Positions 1 to 21,880 of a DNA stretch of 64,000 nucleotides are shown piece after piece (positions within the stretch are counted from its first letter, which is position 1; every line of letters begins with the position of its first letter). Made by a program: the position numbers and the translations under genes. This DNA comes from the human T2T-CHM13v2.0 reference genome, Homo sapiens: the NCBI RefSeq assembly GCF_009914755.1, contig NC_060930.1; one strand, written 5' to 3'. Under the pieces are notes generated by a model that did not search any database, was not told the origin of the DNA, and saw nothing but the letters and a program-made list of their open reading frames with translations.

Positions 1-1689
1 TGTGCCAAATGGAAAATGAAGTCTGCGTCCATCCTAGGGAAGCACAGTGTGGGAGAGCATTGCACTCTGTTCTTCCCTTTTCCCTGAAATTCATATTTAG
101 TCTGAGCTGCTGCGTTTATATCCTTTCTTACCTACCACTAACCACGAACATTTCCAAAGCCCGTGTACTTTGCCTGTTGGCTTTGAACCTTTCAGCTATG
201 ATGGAAACTTTATATTTTTATGTCTGCTTGGCTGAAACTGACTCCTCTGAGAGAGAAGACAGTAATTGCCTTTTGGGTGATTTCACCTCCACTAACTCTT
301 TTCACATTCTTGGAGGGTTTTTGATAGAACCTGAAGAAACAAAGCCTGCATCCTGGGCTGCTTCAACATAAGAAGAACAGACTTCAATGGCAACAGCCTG
401 TTTATAATCTCTTGGGCCCATTTCTGTTTTCATTGTCCTGTAGATTGAAGTGGATGTAGTGCAGAAAACAATAGCAGGATAATACTGTAATCCTCTTGGT
501 TCTCACACGTGTTGCTCACTAGCATGCATTCCCGGGTGCATGTAAGAATCTTCCATCCTTATACCCACGGGTAAACAAAGGATCCCACGGGCTGTTGCCT
601 ATCCCTAGGGAATTAAAAACAAATGTATATACTATAATATTCCTGAAGATTAAGTTATTTGAAAGGCATTTTATTTTATAATCATGCAAATACATCTGTT
701 CTTGTTTTTCAGGCTGGTAACCAGATCTCAAAGGGCCAGTAAATAATCCCTCTTTTCCTTTCTTCCTGGCTACTCTACCGGCTCTCCCATACCCTTTGCT
801 CTTTGATGCATAAGATGAGATGGGCGGGTAATCAGGCACTGAAAATCCACAGTTGGCGGGGGTCATTTTTCATTTATTATTTCTTCTGGTGCCTTGACTT
901 TGCCTGACTTTCCATGGTTAAGGAAAGGGGAGGGGAAGAGGTTGATGAGAAGGTCAGTCTATTGTGTTGCTTCTCAGTCTCGCGTATCTGCGCTTCCTAA
1001 GTCTGTTTACACTCTGAATCACTTGACATGCTGCACATTCTTCTATAAAATCTGGCTTTGAGCAGCAGTCTTCAAGCACTGGGGAGGCCCACTGAGTAAG
1101 ATCTGAACAGCTGAAAGAACTGGGGGACACTTTTTTAAATGACCCGAAGCCTAGGAGAAGATAGCTTCCTCAATTAGTGGTAATCACTTGGAATGAATGA
1201 TTCTGTAGTTTTTCTTTGACATAGACTAAGATATATAGTATGCATAATATTTGGAAGTGTTGTTTCTTTATAGTAATAAAGTTCACATAGGGTAAGTCCA
1301 TTTCTGGTTTACTGAAAGGAAATGGCCATTATAAATGCTAAGCACTGCCTTTATTTGAATAAATATTACAAATGGTAGAATTAAATATTATAATAGACCT
1401 CTGGAGATGATCTGATTTATTGTTGGAACGCCAGTAAAATTACATTGAAGGGGTTTGAAAAGAAAGGGCCTTTATTTAAGACCACCTTAACATATTTTTC
1501 GTGTATATATATACTACAACTAAAGACTATTAGTAATTCATAAAACGTACCTACCTATTTGCAGATTTGAAAATTAGGATTAGTACTTGGTTCATGTTTT
1601 AGAACATAATCAAGTGCTATTGTAAGTTGATTTTAGGTATCAGGATTTGATGGATGTTAAGCAAACTTGTGATTAAAATGCGTTGTTGA

Positions 1690-1755
1690 GCAGTGAGCTG
1701 AGATCATGCCACTGCACTCCAGCCTGGGCAACAGAACGTGACTGTGTCTCAAAAA
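1690..1755 (+). mobile_element. Severely 5'-truncated Alu (last ~60 nt of right arm plus short A-tail)
   Basis: GCAGTGAGCTGAGATCATGCCACTGCACTCCAGCCTGGGCAACAGA...GTCTCAAAAA, flanked by an imperfect TSD aaaatgcgttgttga (1675-1689) / aacatgcattgttga (1754-1768). Confidence 0.9.
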
Positions 1756-2024
1756 CATGCATTGTTGATTTTTAAAATTATTAATAATGATGAGTAGACA
1801 GAAATTTCTAGGCAAAATGTCTTTTACAAGGAAGAAAATCATTGTGTTTCTAAAACAAATTTCTTTTAATCATTTAGGAGGTCATACATATCTGTATTAC
1901 CTCATTATAAAATAATCCATAATTTGACTATTTTAAAAAATCCTTAACCCAGTCTAATCTGTCCAGAGTCATTACAGTCTGAGTACAAGAGAGTGACTTT
2001 TTACAAAACCTGGATCTTTTAGCT

Positions 2025-2326
<302 letters not shown>

Positions 2327-2518
2327 TCTTTTAGCTTACTCTTGATTCTGGCTCTAATTGACATTTTTCTGGGTGAGTCCACCAAAGGTTTATCCTCCAA
2401 ATCTGTTTCCCTTCTGAACTGGAGTTATATAAAGCCAAATGATGTTTGTGAAGCAGACTATGGGTTTTGTTTCTGATGACCATTTCAACGATCATGGACA
2501 CAGGTCTTTACTAAAATC

Positions 2519-2983
<465 letters not shown>

Positions 2984-3263
2984 TAATATAAACTTCTGGT
3001 GCCAAATTATGAGTACGGGCCAATTTATTACCACACTTTTGAAGATGATTCTAACAGTAGCATGAACTAATTGACTGAATCTTTCCTCAAACCTGTTTTA
3101 CCTATCTCTATCTGTGGTTTTGGTCATACCATATCTTCTCATCTGTCTTCTGGTAAAATATTATTTAAATTTCTTCTGAAAAACCATCTCTGGAAGACAC
3201 TTCAAGACTTGCCTTTAAGGGGTGTGAATACCATTTTTTTTTCTTAAATTTTAGGTTTAGGGG

Positions 3264-3947
3264 TGTATTAGGTCATTCTTGTGTTGCTATAAAGAAATAC
3301 CTCACGCCTGTAATCCCAGCACTTTGGGAGGCCGAGGTGAGTGGATCACAAGGTCAGGAGTTTGAGACCAGCCTGGCCAACATGGTGAAACCCTGCCTCT
3401 ACTAAAAATACAAAAACTAGCCAGGCGTGATGGCGGGCGCATGTAATCCCAGCTACTTGGGAGGCTGAGGCAGGAGAATTGCTTGAACTCGGGAGTTGGA
3501 GGTTGCAGTGAGCCGAGATCACTCCACTGTACTGTAGCCTGGGTGACAGGGTGAGACTCCATCTCAAAAAAAAAATAATGCTTGAGGCTGGATAATTTAT
3601 AAGGAAAAGAGGTTGAATTGGCTCACAGTTCTGCAGGCGATACGGGAAACATGGTCCTGGCATCCACTGGGCTTCTAGGGAGGCCTCAGGAAGCTGCCAA
3701 TCATGGCCAAAGGTAAAGAGAGAAGTTGGTGTCTCACATGGCGAGACAGGGAACAAGTGTGGGGGAGGTGTCACACACTTTTAAACAACCAGATCCCCTG
3801 AGAACTCACACATTATCAAGAGGACAGCACCAAGCCATGAAGAATCTGCCCCCATAACCCAAACACTTCTCACCAGGCCCCACCTCCAGCACTGGGGATT
3901 GCATTTCAATATGATATTTGGATGGGGACAGATATCCAAACTATACA
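3264..3947 (-). mobile_element. MST-family (MSTB-like) MaLR solo LTR, interrupted by an Alu
   Basis: TGTATTAG...GCTATAAAGAAATACC start, ggaggcctcaggaagc, ...gatatccaaactataCA end; TG..CA termini and 5-bp TSD agggg (3259-3263 / 3948-3952). Confidence 0.9.
3301..3575 (+). mobile_element. Alu (AluSg-like), slightly 5'-truncated, inserted in the MSTB LTR
   Basis: Starts ctcacgcctgtaatccc; ggatcacaaggtcaggagtttgagacc; A-tail to 3575. Confidence 0.95.
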
Positions 3948-5733
3948 AGGGGGTACCTGTACAGGTTTGTTACATTGATATATTGCCTGTTGCTTAGGTT
4001 TAGTGTATGAATAATCCCGTCACATCAGGTAGTCAGCATTAGTATCTGATAGTTAGCTTTTCGACCCTCGCCCCACTTCCACTCTCCCCAGTCTAGTAGT
4101 TCCCAGTGTCTATTGTTTTCATCTTTGTGTCCAGGGGTACTTACTGTTTAGCTCCTACTTATAAGTGAGAACATGCGGCATTTGGTTTTCTGTTCCTGCA
4201 TTAATTTGCTTAAGACAGTGGCCTCCAGCTGCATCCATGTTGCTGCAAAGGACATGACATTGTTCATTTTTATGGTTGCATAATGTACATGCATGGCATG
4301 GTGTATATGCCATGGTGCCACATTTTCTTTATCCAGTCATCTGGATTATGTTTAGTCCTTAGCCATGGCATTCAGAGTCATCTGGGCATCTAGGTTGAGT
4401 CTATATCTTTGCTATTATGAATGGTGCTGTGATGAACATACGAGTGCATGTGTCTTTTTGGTAGAAGGATTTAACGGAATTGCTGGCTCGAATGGCAGCT
4501 CTGTTTTAAATTCTTTGAGAAATCGCCACATCGCTTTCCACAAAGCTGAACTAGTTTACACTCCCACCAACAGTTTATAAGCATTCCGTTTTCTCTGTAA
4601 CCTCGTCAACATCTGTTATTTTTAGACTTTTTAATAATAGCCATTCTTACTGGTGTGAGATGGTATTTCATTGTGGTTTTGATTTGCATTTCTCTAATGA
4701 CTCAAATCTTTGGTATTTACTTGATCACTTCTTTTTTATTGCAATTTTATTGGATTCAAATTTATTATTTCACAGCTTACATTTTATTTGTTCTCTGTGT
4801 TTTTAAAAAGATAATGCTTTCCATTACCTTTAATTAATAATTACACTTGGTTCTTTTAATAATGGCTTATATTCCATTTTACCACACTACTTTGAGAAAT
4901 TTTGAAAGAAACATTCTCTTGCTTTACAATTCTGCCTAATACGTCCCAAAGCTTATTTGATCGGGCTTATTAATATGGCTGGGAGGATAGATAGAGGAAC
5001 GTTGAAACCAAAAGCTGAATGGAATCATTTTTTTCAGTTCAAATTGTACTTGAATCATTAAATACTTTATATTTGTATTCTTAACAATAGAAAAATATAT
5101 GAGATTAGAGTGAATGAGTGATAGGTTGTAATTGCTTTTCCCTGCAATATATAGTATTTTATGTTTAGTCCTTCGCCATGGCATTCATTTAGAGCGTCAG
5201 TTCCCAACTTTGGGGATGGGGAGTGAAGTAGAAGAAATGACATATCAGAATCTCCAGGAAAGAGGTTTGAGTTGGGGGTTGAGTTTAAAAAAATATGTTT
5301 ACCTTTTTGAGAATCAATTCCATGGGGAGACTCTGTCACTTATAGGACTGTACTGGGTGAAAGTGGCAGACCTGCGACCATTGATTAAAAGCATTTGCAG
5401 GAGGGTCAATTTAAGTGGATGCAGAGACCTCCTCCCCTCCCAGGGCATCTATTTTCATCAGTTGATGTGCAAGGAGGAATTGTGTGTCCGTGTGTGTGTG
5501 TGTGTGAAGCAAGTTTGAGAAGGGGGTGATGCTATTATCCAACTGCACAGGGGATGATATGAATGGCAGAAAGCTGGAGAGCAAGGTGGTTGATTTCCTG
5601 TCCTATGCTCAGAGGCCAGCTTGACTCTGATGCTCACCTGTGGCATACATCTAAAGATTCTCAGGATACTTGGAAACTCCTCAGTGGTAGTCTGAGATCC
5701 TCCATTATTCAATTCTCAGAGGTAAACCTGTGA

Positions 5734-6089
<356 letters not shown>

Positions 6090-6344
6090 TTTTTTAAAAC
6101 TTTATAATGAAAACTAAGGTAATTGGTACACTAATAATTCCAAAGTCGATGTCAGCGTCATACCCTAAAGGATGAACTCCTAGGCATAGAGAATTATTGC
6201 TATCAAGAAGATATAATCATCCTGACTTTTTTAATGAAAAGGGGTGCCTATAGGAAGCCAAACAGCAAAATAACATTTTCTGAGAAACTTTTCATGTGTG
6301 GATTATAACCAGTGAGTATTATAAACCCTTAGTAAATATCAATG

Positions 6345-6470
6345 ACTGGGATTGTTTCTGACTCCAATAAGCCACTGACTATGTGACTTTTGACAAGTCT
6401 TTTAACCCTCTGTCCACAGTTACTCCATCAGTGGAACTAATTTGATACTCACTGCTCTATAAACTTCAAG
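6345..6470 (+). mobile_element. MIR fragment
   Basis: Resembles the MIR core: gccactgactatgtgacttttgacaagtcttttaaccctctgtccacagttactccatc. Confidence 0.55.
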
Positions 6471-6734
6471 AAGACTGCCTTCATAATATTTTATTTTCAT
6501 TTACTGTGTTAGTGCCTCTACAAGCAAGTTAAAACTTATTTGTGAGTTATTTATCAGGAAACTGAGAAACCAGTTTTTAGGAAATCAGTTGCATTTCCTA
6601 ATGCCCTTGCTCTCCTGACAAAACACCTGTGATGTCGTTGAATTCATGCATCTATTATGATGAAAAGGATAACTTCTTTTTGTCAGCAGATATAAATATT
6701 TATATTTCTAAAATTTCTGAATGCAAATAAGGTC

Positions 6735-11243
<4,509 letters not shown>

Positions 11244-11277
11244 GAGTTTTTTCAACCACAGTGTAGCTTACTATACA

Positions 11278-11460
11278 CTTATTTATTCACTCACTTATTC
11301 ACTTAACTAGTTATATGACTGAGACTCTGATGACTGGGGCCACTGGTAAATGGAACATGGTCAACACGACTTGGCAATGAAGAAGCTTACAGTTCAATTG
11401 AGGAGAAAGACAATGGAACCAATGTAGCACAGCATCCAGAAGTGTCTAATATGGGGCCAT
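11278..11460 (-). mobile_element. L2 3' fragment
   Basis: ttattcactcacttattcac...gaagcttacagttcaattgaggagaaagaca resembles an antisense L2 3' end. Confidence 0.5.
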
Positions 11461-12382
11461 GCAGGAGGACTGTTGTTACCAGATTTGTGGGATAACAGGC
11501 TTATCGGTGGTAGTGACAGCCAAGTGGGAAACCTGAAGGCCTTCTAAATATTGTACCGTATGTTGACTGCCCTTCTGGACTTCAGGCCATGTAGCTTTTT
11601 CAACTTTTGCTAGGCTATACTTCAAAGCCAAAAAATCAGGACTGCACCACAAAGTGATTTCCTCTCTGGTGAGAGGAAGGTAGTGAAATAGACAATGGTG
11701 TGAACGGTGAGCCTCATCACAAGACAAGACATATTTGCGTCTTGCTTACCATATCTTTTTTCTATGTGTATGCTTAATGAGCCATAGAATATTTGAATTA
11801 AGCAGAGAAGTGCTCTGTAAATTATCTGTTGAATAAAGAATGAAGGGACGGCTGGGCAATACCTAAACCAGGAACCCAGTGGCAACGAGGCATAGTGGAC
11901 TGTCTGGGGACCCTGGGCCTCTGTGTGAACTGCAGCTGCCACTGTTGATAATGGGAGTTAGTTGCTCTGGTGGCAGCATTGCATCTGACAGGATGGCTTT
12001 TAAGTGCTAGGTTTTCAGGTAAAATGCATGGTGACCTACCTCTGCCTGTTGTTCTGCTTCTCGAGAAAACAAGTAGTAAGCCTGGAGAAAAGCTTTCTAG
12101 CATTTTTAAAGCTGTAACAGTAGAGAAAACTCATGTCTCTTTAGGTTTTTTTTTTCTGTTTTTTTTTTTTTTTTTTTTTTATACTTTAAGTTTCAGGGTA
12201 CATGTGCACAATGTGCAGGTTAGTGACATATGTATACATGTGACATGCTGGTGCGCTGCACCCACTAACTCACCATGTAGCATTAGGTATGTCTCCCAAT
12301 GCTAGCCCTCCCCTCTCCCCCCACCCCGCAACAGTCCCCAGAGTGTGATGTTCCCCTTCCTGTGTCCATGTGTTCTCATTGT

Positions 12383-16212
<3,830 letters not shown>

Positions 16213-16275
16213 TATGATGTTAGCTGGTTATTTTGCTCGTTAGTTGATGCAGTTTCTTCCTAGTCTCAATGGTCT

Positions 16276-16979
16276 TTACATTTTGGCATGATTTTGCAGC
16301 GGCTGGTACCGGTTGTTCCTTTCCATGTTTAGTGCTTCCTTCAGGAGCTCTATTAGGGCAGGCCTGGTGGTGACAAAATCTCTCAGCATTTGCTTGTCTG
16401 TAAAGTATTTTATTTCTCCGTCACTTATGAAGCTTAGTTTAGCTGGATATGAAATTCTGGGTTGAAAATTCTTTTCTTTAAGAATGTTGAATATTGGCCC
16501 CCACTTTCTTCTGGCTTGTAGAGTTTCTGCCGAGAGATCCGCTGTTAGTCTGATGGGCTTCCCCTTGTGGGTAACTCGACCTTTCTCTCTGGCTGCCCTT
16601 AACATTTTTTCCTTCATTTCAACTTTGGTGAATCTGACAATTATGTGTCTTGGAGTTGCTCTTCTCGAGGAGTATCTTTGTGGCGTTCTCTGTATTTCCT
16701 GAATCTGAATGTTGGCCTGCCTTGCTAGATTGGGGAAGTTCTCCTGGATAATATCCTGCAGAGTGTTTTCCAACTTGGTTCCATTCTCCGCATCACTTTC
16801 AGGTACACCAATCAGATGTAGATTTGGTCTTTTCACATAGTCCCATATTTCTTGGAGGCTTTGTTCGTTTCTTTTTATTCTTTTTTCTCTAAACTTCCCT
16901 TCTCGCTTCATTTCATTCATTGCATCCTCCATCACTGATACCCTTTCTTCCAGTTGATCGCATCGGCTCCTGAGACTTC
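16276..16979 (-). pseudogene. L1 ORF1 C-terminal remnant (RNA-binding and C-terminal domains; N-terminus lost)
   Basis: ORF 16276-16935 has REKG, ARR and YPAKLS motifs and ends QNHAKM*; truncated at the insertion junction. Confidence 0.95.
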
Positions 16980-17024
16980 GTTAGGTTATTTTTAATCCAC
17001 CTTACTAGGCTGAAGGGTCCTTGA

Positions 17025-17078
17025 TACACATACACACACACACACACACACAGACACACACACAGACACACACAAGTG

Positions 17079-17116
<38 letters not shown>

Positions 17117-17140
17117 TATATACATATACACACACACACA
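17025..17140. repeat. Compound (CA)n/(TA)n microsatellite
   Basis: CA runs flanking a perfect GTG(TA)13CAC palindrome at 17076-17107. Confidence 0.95.
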
Positions 17141-17283
17141 GAGATTTTTTTTTCCTCTAAGAACACAGGAAGTATGCATTATTTTAAACTGCTTAGATGC
17201 AATCAAATAACAGGGGTTCTTATTAACAATCAGTGATTTTAAAATAAAATTTCTGGTTATTGTAATTTTAAATCTCAATATTG

Positions 17284-17486
17284 TAAAATTTTATTTTAAA
17301 ATATATTATAATTTATAAATATATTTATATATATAAATATATTATATCTATAATATATTATAATTATAATATATTAAATTTATAATATAATTATAGTATA
17401 TTAAATTCATAAATATATTAAAATTATAAATATATTAAATTTATATATTTATATTTATAAAATAAAATATTTATATTTATTTTATT
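17284..17486. repeat. AT-rich low-complexity tract
   Basis: Only 3 G/C bases (17348, 17396, 17408) in 203 bp. Confidence 0.95.
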
Positions 17487-17775
17487 CGAGTTGTCTTAAC
17501 AGAGAAAAAAATATATTATTTGGTGTCTAAGAAACAATGACAGAATACAAAACTCGTTAAATAACCCAAGGTACAGTGGTCATGAAAGGAAAAACATCGG
17601 ATTTGGTCTTTTGTTCTTTTTTTTCTATAATAGAAATCTCTTTCTGTTCTCTTTCATATTGTCCTTTATTACCTCATTTTATCTTTCCATTTTTCTGAAT
17701 TAAAGTGGTTTTGTTTCCCCTTTTTCTGTCTTCATATTCCTTAGATTGTGGAGTTCTCATGTTCTGTGCTTAAAT

Positions 17776-17971
17776 CAATGGTGCTCAAAGTTGGGCACAC
17801 GTGAGAATCATGTAGAATCACTGTGCTTGGTAAACGTAGATTGCTGGGCTCCAGCTCTGGAATCTAGTTTGATTCAGCTTGAGGAGGGAAGGGATGTGTA
17901 TGAGAGTCCGTATTTGTAACAAGTTCCCAGGTGATGCTGCAGGCCCAGTAACCACACTTTGAGAAACACTG
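17776..17971. mobile_element. MER5A-like hAT-Charlie MITE
   Basis: TIR-like ends caatggtgctcaaag ... ctttgagaaacactg; internal gtagattgctgggc and aacaagttcccaggtgatgctg. Confidence 0.8.
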
Positions 17972-20900
17972 ACTTATAAGTCGTTCTGTTGATAGTGATC
18001 AAAAGACATCATGAGTGTTCTTCTACAATGGGCTAAAATGGAAGTTAGGTGGACTGGAAGACTTGCTGCATGAGATCCATGCAATACATCTTCAATCTCA
18101 AGGTTAATGGCTGATGTCGCTTTTACCCTGGAGATTAGAGATATTGTAGAATCTTTTTATGTTATTCCAGTAAAATTATAAATTCAGAAAGTGAATAGTC
18201 TTGGATCTTATATCATTGTTGCCCCTTCTCCCTGATAGATTCCTTTTCTTAATTTACATAATCATCTTGCAGCAATTTTAAAAGTTTTACTGAATATTTT
18301 CTACAGAAAACATTATAAAATACACATCATCAAATGGTTCTGGTATCTGAAAAAAATGAAAAAGAATATTTCTATGTTTTTAGCAGGTCAAGAATGGAAG
18401 AGCGATTGGATAATAAGAATGAAAAATAAGAATATTTATTGTCGGTATAATTTGCATTTGACAGAATTGTTACCAACATATCTTTACTTGCAGGATTTGT
18501 AGTTATGCCTTTTCCACATGATTTCCCAAAGGTAAAAAAATTAATAATTAAAAAGCCTCTGAAAAGGCAGACTCTTAGTATTTTCTTTAGGCTTCAGAAA
18601 GTCCCTTTTTTTTCCTATTATTTCCTTCATTCCAGTTTTTCTTTCTTCATACGATTTTCCTGAATGTAATTATGCGTGTGGATTTACCATCCAGTGTTTT
18701 TCTTATTCACCCTTGTTCCTTTGTTTATCCTTCACAGTGAAGCTGGCTTCTCTTTTTATTGAAATTCATTCTAAGCTTCCAGGTTACTTTTTATTCCTGT
18801 GGTCTTTTTAATCTTGTACCTGAAGGGAGTATTGTGTGTTCTGTGTAAAGCATTGATAGCTGGTAACAATCAAGTCCCTATTAGCCAATTAACGCTGGCA
18901 AGATGTGGCCTGTTGCCCAAGCTCTAGGACCTTTTGATTCAGACATGCAGTGCATACCGTTTGAACTTAAGAAAATTCTGTGCTTCTTGCCCAGCTGTCT
19001 CATTATTTTTGTTGAACTGGGTAGGGGACCACGATGATAGCATGGGTGAATGAGAGGAGGCTCTGGAAGAAACACAAGCTGTACATCCAGAATCTTAGGA
19101 TACTTTGCTTACCATTAAGAAGCAAGCCCACTCATGATTAGGGCTTACTCTTTATTCTCCAAATGCTTTTTGATTCCTTGTTCACCTAAAAATCAAGTCA
19201 ACTACTAAAGAGGGCCATGTCACAAACACTTGAATGTGTTTGACTGTGTGCTTAGGAAAGGGCGGCCAGTGCATACCAACCATACCGACAAACACGTTAC
19301 ACCTTGGGCCCTTTTTGGAGCTATTCAGGAAAGTCAATGGGAGCTTTGTGTAAACAGGCAGCAAAGAACTGCACTCATTGTATTTGCTTCTTTGCCTTCA
19401 GTCACCTGCGTTTGGATTTTAATCTGCAGTAAACCTTGGGAGTCATTATGGCTTGATTATAGCCTCATTCTATTTATCCCCCTTCCTTGGGGATACCTTA
19501 GTAATTTTTATTTTGAGAGTTCAAATTGGCAAGTGCTCCTGTTCCTGGATAAGTATTAGAGATTAATAAATGATGCCTGAGACTGGCATTGTTTAGGAGC
19601 TAGCAGATGTTCAGAGATTAGTAGTATGAAGAGAATTAGAGGGAAATGAGTATAGAGAAGAGTTGGTAATTGTAATGTGGAGGGGTCCTATTATAGGCTT
19701 GATAGAATGCTTTTAGGCCAAAGAGCTCTAGAAATCCATTTTCAATTCTAATCAACCCAATATGTTTTATATTGACATGTTGCACGAAGACATTGATATA
19801 TTAGAGCCTTCTTAACATTCTTTGATCTTTGTGTGGAATTTCTCTCTTCAATCTGATATTACCATTTATTTTTCTTTTTCCTTTTTTTGCCATGAGGAAG
19901 TTTTGTTTGGCCTGGAATAAATGAAACTCGGAGCCCAAAAGGCTCAGTTAAATTGAGCTTGAAACCGAAAACCCATGACGCTCTAGTGAGCACTGAGTGC
20001 AAAGAAGAATATTTGCTATGCTTCACCCCCAGTGGATTCCTCTGACTTTTCTATTTCTATTTTCTCTTTGCCTTCCAAACTAGAAGATAGAAAAATTATA
20101 AATGTGTGCAACTAAGCCTTCTAAGATATGAAATTCTTATAAACTAGAACTTTTAATAATTGACTCAGTGATTCCGATTAAACCATTGTTGACTGTGAGC
20201 AAATTTATTGACCTAGTTGCAATGAAATACCCTGGCATATTATGTCAGCTTCCAACTGGCCAACACACAGATGCCATGCTTGCTGCTGACGGCTATCAGA
20301 CGTGTGCCAGTTGGCAGCTTCAGCCACAAGCCATAGATCAAATGGAGATGGAGAAAACATTGCTCTCCATTTTGCCTGCTAAGCCAGTCCTGTTCTCAAT
20401 TCAAGACTGGAACAGCCCAGTGCAAATCCTTGATAAATTCAGTGAAACTCATATTAAAGGCACCTCTTTATGAACTTCAGTAGCATTGATTACTAATACA
20501 CCTGTCAACTCCCTGCAATAATTTTGTTTTCATTAATGTTTCTCTACTATAACGTTAAATCTGATAGAAAATCCCAGTTGAAATCAGGACATAGCAACTT
20601 TGACATTTTCCTCATTGTCAACTAAGATTGGGGTGCAGAAGAAATGTTTTAGGGAAAAACTTTGAAGCTGGCATTTAAACATTTGTCTCTATTAGTTTGG
20701 TTCACTCCTTATCATAAACCTTGGTAATTACATTTTGTACATCCCTCGAGGCTTCAAGACTGACAAGACTCTGTTTAAAGAGAAGGAATGGAAAACTAAC
20801 ATACTTGAATTCAGCTTACTTGATTCGGCTTACTTGGCTGCATGAATTATGACAACATCTTTCATCACTGAAGTAATCTCATATAGTAATGTTGGACAGC

Positions 20901-21689
20901 ATGACAATAAATTGCTTTTATCTTGCCTTTTTTCAGTTTAGAGATTTTCCTTATAGCAAACATTTTTCTGTAGAAACCACATACATTTTTCTTAGTGTTT
21001 TTTTTTTCCCCCAGTAAAAAAAAAAAAGAAGAAAATTGAGTAAATGGATGTTTTTGCATCTACTTGGTATTTTGTATTTCCATGAAGAAAATAAATGTTC
21101 ACATTTCCTAGGCTTTTCTTGATTCTGGACATTTATTCTTACCACATGCACAGAGAGTTCTTTATAGTATTTCTCTTAAAAGGGCCTAACCTTCTGCTAA
21201 ATATAGGAAGTGAGGGATGAGTCAGGATGAGAGAACAAGAAAAGAGATAAGATGAAAATATTATGCTACCTAAAATATTTTAGGCAAGGTTTCTGTACAG
21301 TATAGTCTTGGTAGCTTTTGATGCTGTTAGCTTTTACTATAGTATGAGCTGGTTCTGTTTGTATAGGAAGGATTTTGCTTTGTTCCCCTATTGCTTGAAC
21401 TAAGAGAGAAATTCTAGTTTATTTGTGTGTGAATTAGAAGTAGCAAAAGCACCACTCAACATTAAATCAGACTCTCTTTGTATGAAACGGCCATTTTGAT
21501 TCTAATTTTCTTTGACCAGGATGAGGCATTCATTCACAGCAAAGTGAGTAAATCTCATAATAATAAAAATGACAGATGTTAAAGTATCCAGTTAAAATAA
21601 AGTGAGTGCAATTGATTCTTTTTTCCATTTGGACCTTTGGTGCTTTGACACATTTGGGACCTGTTAAAGTTGTTAAAATACTAGTATGT

Positions 21690-21880
21690 TTTAGGTGTTT
21701 TAAATATGTTACCTTATTAATTCTAATGATAATTCTCAAGGCAAACATGGTACTGTTTTCATCCCCATTTGTAGATGAGAAAACGGAAGCAAAGAAAAGT
21801 TAAGTGTTTCTTCAACTTAACAAGTTGATTACTGGTGAATTGAATCTAGGGAATCTGACTCCAGATATCTCGCTTTTAAA
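21690..21880 (-). mobile_element. MIR fragment
   Basis: catccccatttgtagatgagaaaacggaagc...aagttaagtg...tctgactccaga. Confidence 0.7.

Larger units (their letters stand above)
3234..4701 (-). mobile_element. Older L1PA (PA15/16-like) 3' fragment, split by an MSTB LTR (pieces 3234-3263 and 3948-4701)
   Basis: Antisense L1 3' end: ttttaggtttagggg / ggggtacctgtacaggtttgttaca ... cttataagtgagaacatgcgg ... gtgtgagatggtatttcattgtggttttgatttgcatttctctaatga. Confidence 0.85.

Noticed and set aside
9-371. 120-aa ORF at the window start (and the 115-aa minus ORF 519-866)
   Set aside because: No recognisable domain or coding-like composition; length is compatible with chance.
12121-12180. Possible L1 3' transduction
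   Set aside because: The poly-T abuts the TSD directly with no intervening unique sequence.
16913-17278. ORFs with VCVYIY/HTHT repeats (also 60914-61192)
   Set aside because: Microsatellite translations.
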